Source: Candidatus Latescibacterota bacterium (lineage in GTDB: Bacteria > Latescibacterota > UBA2968). Taken from it: DNA of 64,000 bases. Shown one piece after another: positions 59,755 through 64,000 of this stretch (the first letter of the stretch is position 1; each line of letters starts with the position of its first letter). The translations under genes and the position numbers were made by a program. Under the pieces are notes generated by a model that saw only the letters and a list, made by a program, of their open reading frames with translations, was not told the DNA's origin and did no database searches. The DNA lies in contig OZ240241.1 in assembly GCA_965198115.1 (NCBI GenBank), forward strand, positions 6,944,001 through 7,008,000, read 5' to 3'.

Positions 59755-61547
59755 CTAGGTCGTATCGCCATCCTGTAGGGCGAATTGAAGGTCGCAGAGT
59801 CTTGCGTAGAGACCGCCCAGTGCAAGGAGCTCCGTGTGCGTCCCGTGCTCGGCCACACGGCCTTCGTCGATGACGAAAAGCTGATCGGCCTTCCTCACGT
59901 GGAGAGGCGATGTGCGATGGCAAACGTCGTCCGCCCCGCCATGAGTCGGTCGAGCGCTCCCTGAATGAGGACCTCGGTTTCGGTGTCGACTGACGACGTC
60001 GCCTCGTCGAGAATCAGGATTCTCGGGTCGGAGAGGATGGCGCGTGCGATGGCGACGCGTTGTTTCTCTCCCCCCGAAAGGCGAACCCCCCTCTCTCCGA
60101 CGAATGTGTCATAGCTGTCTGGAAATCCGCAGATGAAGTCGTGGGCGTTCGCCAACGCGGCGGCTTCGAGGATGTCCCCCGGTTCGGCGTGGAGTCGACC
60201 GTAGGCGATGTTTTCCCGGATTGTGCCGTTGAACAGAAAAGGATCCTGCAGGACGATCCCGATTCGGCTCCGAAGCGCATTCAGCGTGACATCCATCAGG
60301 GGATGACCGTCCACGCGCACTTCGCCTTCGTCGGGATCGTAGAATCGGCAGATGAGATTGATGATCGTGGTTTTGCCCGCGCCGCTCGGCCCGACGAGAC
60401 CGATGAGTTGCCCCGGTTCGGCGAGGAGACTGACGTCGTTCAGGACCGGCGGGCCGTTTTCGTAGGCGAACTGGACGTTTCGGAATTCGATCCCACCCTG
60501 GATGGTGTCGAGCGTCCGAGCACCCGGCCGATCGCGGATGTCGGGTTCTGTGTCGAGGATGTCGAAGATGCGTTGGGCGGAGGCCGCGGCCCTGACGATG
60601 GTGTCGTTGATTCGCGTGAGGCTTTCGACAGGACCGTAGAAACGCCAGAGATAGTTTTGGAATGCGAACAACGTTCCGATGCTGAGTCCACCGAGGATGA
60701 CTTGCGACCCGCCATACAGCAGGATCATGAGTGGGCCGAGGGTGATGACGAGACGCGAGATCGGAAAGAAGGCGGCCCGTGTTCGGATGATCCGCATGCC
60801 GATTTGCCAGAGCGCACGGCATCGATCCGTGAACCGTGCCAGTTCGTGGTCTTCCCGGGCGAAACACTGGATGACGCGGATACCCGACAGATTGTCCTGG
60901 AGGATGGCGCTGATGTCTGCGGCCCGCTCACGTGCCATCGCATACAACGGCCGGATGCGGCGGTTATAGGCGGCGATCATAAGGCAGTAGACAGGGAGCG
61001 GAGCAAGGGTAACGAGTGCGAGCTTCCAGCTGAGTGCGAAAAGCAGGACACCCAGGATGAGGACGGTGAAGATGTTGACGACGACGCGCTCGATCGAGTC
61101 GGTGACGGTGTTTTGCAATGACTCGACGTCGGCGGTTGCTCGTGACATGAGCTCACCCGTGCTTCGGGCGTTGAAGAACCGGAGGGACAGTCGCTGCAGG
61201 TGATCGTAGACTTCTGTCCGAAGGGAGAGCAGGATGTCTTGCCCGGTTTTCTGGAGCAGGAATCGATTGAGGATGTTGAGGCCTGCGCGCATCAGGTAGA
61301 GCACGAACAGCCCACCCGCGAGGAGCACGAGGAACCGGAGGTCGCCCCGCACGCGCGCCGGATCGAACGTGTCGCCGACATATTGGCCTTCGGACACGTA
61401 GACGGTGAGGATGTTGTCGACGACGTGGCGCATGACGAGCGGCTGAACGGAATCGAGACCGATCGAGACGACGGTGCATGAGACACCCATAGCCACGCGC
61501 GCCCTGTAGGGACTGATGTAGGAGAGAAGTCGAAGGAAGACGTTCAT
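59755..61547 (-). pseudogene. ABC transporter permease/ATP-binding protein with a 1-nt deletion near the C-terminus
   Basis: TMD, GPSGAGKTT, LSGGEKQR, LDEATSSVD, AHRLST then TGA; next frame continues VRKADQLFVIDEGRVAEHGTHTELL...YARL to TAG at 59755. Confidence 0.85.
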
Positions 61548-61594
61548 GGGCAAAGTTTGTGAGTGTTTACTCCTTCGGACGGCACAAAAGACGA

Positions 61595-62224
61595 TCAGCT
61601 GAAGCGCTCTTCCTTCCACGGGTTGCCACGGTCGTGATAACCGGCTTTTTCCCAGAACCCGGCCCGGTCGTGGGTCGTGAATTCCAGTCCATTCACCCAT
61701 TTCGCGCTCTTCCAGGCGTAGAGCTTCGGGACAACGAGTCGCATCGGGCCCCCGTGTTCGGCGGTCAGTGGCGCGTGGTTCCAGCTGTGGGCGAAGAGGA
61801 CGTCGTCTTCGAACAGGTCGGCAACGGGCAGGTTTGTCGTGTATTGGCCATGGGCGTGTACGGTTACGTATTGCGCGTCGGGGGCGAGGTCGACGCGTTG
61901 GATGACCTCGCCGATGGGGATACCCGTCCAGATGTTGTCGAGCTGGCTCCAGCGGGTGACGCAATGGAAGTCGGCGGTGATGTCGACCTGTGGCAGGGCC
62001 ACAAACTCATCCCAGGTCCACTCGATTTCGGCGGCCACTGCGCCGAAGACCCTCAGCCGCCAGCGATCGGTTTTGACACGCGGTGTGTATCCGTGCGTGA
62101 GGACCGGGAACTTTGTCGTCAGATATTGGCTCGGGGGTATCCGCCTTTCGGGGTCGTCGTCAGGCTTGCGTCTGGGCTCGGCTCGTCGCAGGCGGTCGAC
62201 CCGATCTTTGGGATCGACGTTCAC
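61595..62224 (-). CDS. Sulfite oxidase-like molybdopterin oxidoreductase (YuiH/MsrP-like)
   Basis: RIPPSQ, KFPVL, DFHCVTRWS, YTTNLP, EHGGPMRLVVP, YAWKSAKW, GFWE. Confidence 0.9.
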   Translation of the reverse strand: MNVDPKDRVDRLRRAEPRRKPDDDPERRIPPSQYLTTKFPVLTHGYTPRVKTDRWRLRVFGAVAAEIEWTWDEFVALPQVDITADFHCVTRWSQLDNIWTGIPIGEVIQRVDLAPDAQYVTVHAHGQYTTNLPVADLFEDDVLFAHSWNHAPLTAEHGGPMRLVVPKLYAWKSAKWVNGLEFTTHDRAGFWEKAGYHDRGNPWKEERFS

Positions 62225-62877
62225 GACTCGATTCCGACCCGCCCGGAAACGACGTCGGAGGTGGACACGACACGAACATCCCGTACCTGCCACGACTTGA
62301 CGAGCGTTTCCCCCCGATCGGGGTCGATGGCGCGCGTGGCGTCCAACACGAGGGAGATGGGCGTGACGTTTCTTTCGAGCAGACCCTCGATGGCGAACCG
62401 ATTACAGACGTCGAGCGCTACGCCGTAGAGGACGATTTCGTCGGGAGCCAGTTCGGCGATGACGGTATCGATGTTCGGGTTGGAGAAGACGTCGAATCGC
62501 TTCTTTCGGATGACGATCTCCCCGCGGTGCGTCGACAGTTGTTCCTGAATTTCTCGTTCGGGAATCGCGTCGGTGTCGACCCAGAGGGGGTCGAGCGGCA
62601 CCGTTTCATCGACTTTCAGCTGGCCCGGTGTATCGATCAGACAATGGGGTGGAAACGTCTGTTCGAAGTCGGGATCATCGGATATTTCGGGATCCGACAG
62701 GTCGTGATAGTCGACAGAGGCGACGATTCGGCCGGTTTTCCGGGCATACTCGGTCAGCTGTGAGAGATTCGTGCAGATTTTCTCAGCACCATTCACGTAG
62801 AGCTTGCCGTGGGGGTGGATGAAGTCGACCTGTGTATCGACGTCCCAGAATACTGTTTTCACAGCGCATCCTTTCAC
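62221..62877 (-). CDS. pncA: Nicotinamidase / isochorismatase-family cysteine hydrolase
   Basis: DVDTQVDF, GKLYV, FPPHC, GVALDVC. Confidence 0.8.
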   Translation of the reverse strand: MKGCAVKTVFWDVDTQVDFIHPHGKLYVNGAEKICTNLSQLTEYARKTGRIVASVDYHDLSDPEISDDPDFEQTFPPHCLIDTPGQLKVDETVPLDPLWVDTDAIPEREIQEQLSTHRGEIVIRKKRFDVFSNPNIDTVIAELAPDEIVLYGVALDVCNRFAIEGLLERNVTPISLVLDATRAIDPDRGETLVKSWQVRDVRVVSTSDVVSGRVGIES

Positions 62878-62916
62878 GCAATGGTCGCTGCAAGATAGGG
62901 TCGAAAACAGGGGGGA

Positions 62917-63642
62917 TCAAACAGGGGGCCGACAGAGCGCGGAGAGAAGGATGCCCGTGGCGACGGCGACGTTGAGCGACGTGACGGCGCCTTTTGAGGG
63001 GATCGCGCAAACCTGGTCACAGCGTTCGAGCGTCAACCGGCGAAGACCGGATTCTTCGTTGCCGAGCACGAGCAGCCACGGACGAGCGGTATCGATTTCC
63101 GCGACGGGCGTATCCGCGTGCTCGGAAGATCCAAGAATCCACAGCCCACGCTGCCTGGCCGTGTCGAGGCCTCGTGCCAGGTTCGTTTCCACGCTGAAAG
63201 CGACCCGTTCGACTCCACCGGAGGCGACATCGTAGACGGTCTGGGACACGGGTGCTGCCCGGTCGCGGGTCAGGATGATGCCTTTGACACCGTAGAACGC
63301 GGCGGATCGAAAGATCGATCCAAGGTTTTGAGGATCCTGCACGCTGTCCAGGGCCAGATACAGGCCGTGGGTCACGTCCGGTGGGATCACGTGCGTAATC
63401 GGGACGGCTTCCTTTTCCTTCACGACGGCTTCCGAGAGGCCGGTCCTGCCTTGCCCGCGTGCGGGTTTTGACGATCGGACCTGGGGTTCGTTGATCGGTA
63501 AGCCGATCCCTTGCGCTTCGGATCTGACCGTCTCCCAGGTTTCGCTGACTTTGCCTTTGGGTAATCGAATCTCGAACACATCCTGCGGACGGGTGTCGAG
63601 GACAGCCAACACGCTGTGTGGATTGTGGAGGAAGAGCGGCAC
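62917..63642 (-). CDS. TrmH/SpoU family RNA methyltransferase (RlmB-like)
   Basis: LDSVQDPQNLGSIFRSA, LGNEESG, SLNVAVATGI. Confidence 0.88.
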   Translation of the reverse strand: MPLFLHNPHSVLAVLDTRPQDVFEIRLPKGKVSETWETVRSEAQGIGLPINEPQVRSSKPARGQGRTGLSEAVVKEKEAVPITHVIPPDVTHGLYLALDSVQDPQNLGSIFRSAAFYGVKGIILTRDRAAPVSQTVYDVASGGVERVAFSVETNLARGLDTARQRGLWILGSSEHADTPVAEIDTARPWLLVLGNEESGLRRLTLERCDQVCAIPSKGAVTSLNVAVATGILLSALCRPPV

Positions 63643-63645
63643 TCG

Positions 63646-63996
63646 TTACTCAGCCTCGGGCGAGGCGATAGGTTGCGTACCGGCTCCGTATCGGTAGACG
63701 AGCACGCCCCCGGTATAGCCACTCCATCCTGCGAGTAGCGCGCTTAAGACGGCTGCCAGGAGCCATACACGACCGATCCGAGAGAGGAAACGCTTCTTGA
63801 CGGTCAGGTGTATTCGGGCGAGTGCAAGACCCGCGACAAGCCAGGCGGTGAGGGTGGCCGCATCCTCGTGGCGTGTCAGATCGTGGGCAATTCCGTCGAT
63901 GAGTCCGGCCGTTTCGGATGCGGATTCACCCGTGAGCGCTGCTGGCACAGCTGTCACGGCACCCGCGAGGAAAAGGATGAGCCCCGCCGTATGCAA
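63646..63996 (-). CDS. DUF2231-like membrane protein, 5' end outside the window
   Basis: ALTGESA...HEDAA...GYTGGVLVYRYG. Confidence 0.65.
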   Translation of the reverse strand: MHTAGLILFLAGAVTAVPAALTGESASETAGLIDGIAHDLTRHEDAATLTAWLVAGLALARIHLTVKKRFLSRIGRVWLLAAVLSALLAGWSGYTGGVLVYRYGAGTQPIASPEAE

Positions 63997-64000
63997 CTCG

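Overview
GC-rich bacterial chromosomal window. The gene content (UBact-type proteasome operon, secreted proteins with FlgD-Ig/T9SS-like C-termini) suggests an FCB-group or Latescibacterota-like organism; this is inference. Left to right: siroheme-decarboxylase-like gene; FlhB-like, serS and MotE-like genes; an unannotated sigma54-driven 55-aa ORF; a ~14 kb minus-strand run (hisG-hisD-hisC-enolase-superfamily gene-hisB-rfaE2-GT4-YfhO-GT-C-GT2/MTase-GT2-DegT); a PilZ-like gene split by IS256 and separated from its promoter by IS630; a DNA-repair cluster (uvrC, ogt, xerD); degP, a sigma54 activator, a frameshifted Crp, a large TPR protein; ispE-tRNA-Gln-rplY-pth-hppA-rpsF-rpsR-rplI; FGE; two large acidic secreted proteins with cohesin/dockerin-like modules; an internally deleted ISL3; a complete arc-dop-ubact-prcB-prcA-pafA locus; and an ABC/DUF1854/molybdo-oxidoreductase/pncA/TrmH cluster. 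Several genes carry small indels or a nonsense codon (real decay or assembly error). No CRISPR array or rRNA was seen. All family calls come from motif recognition by eye, not from database searches.
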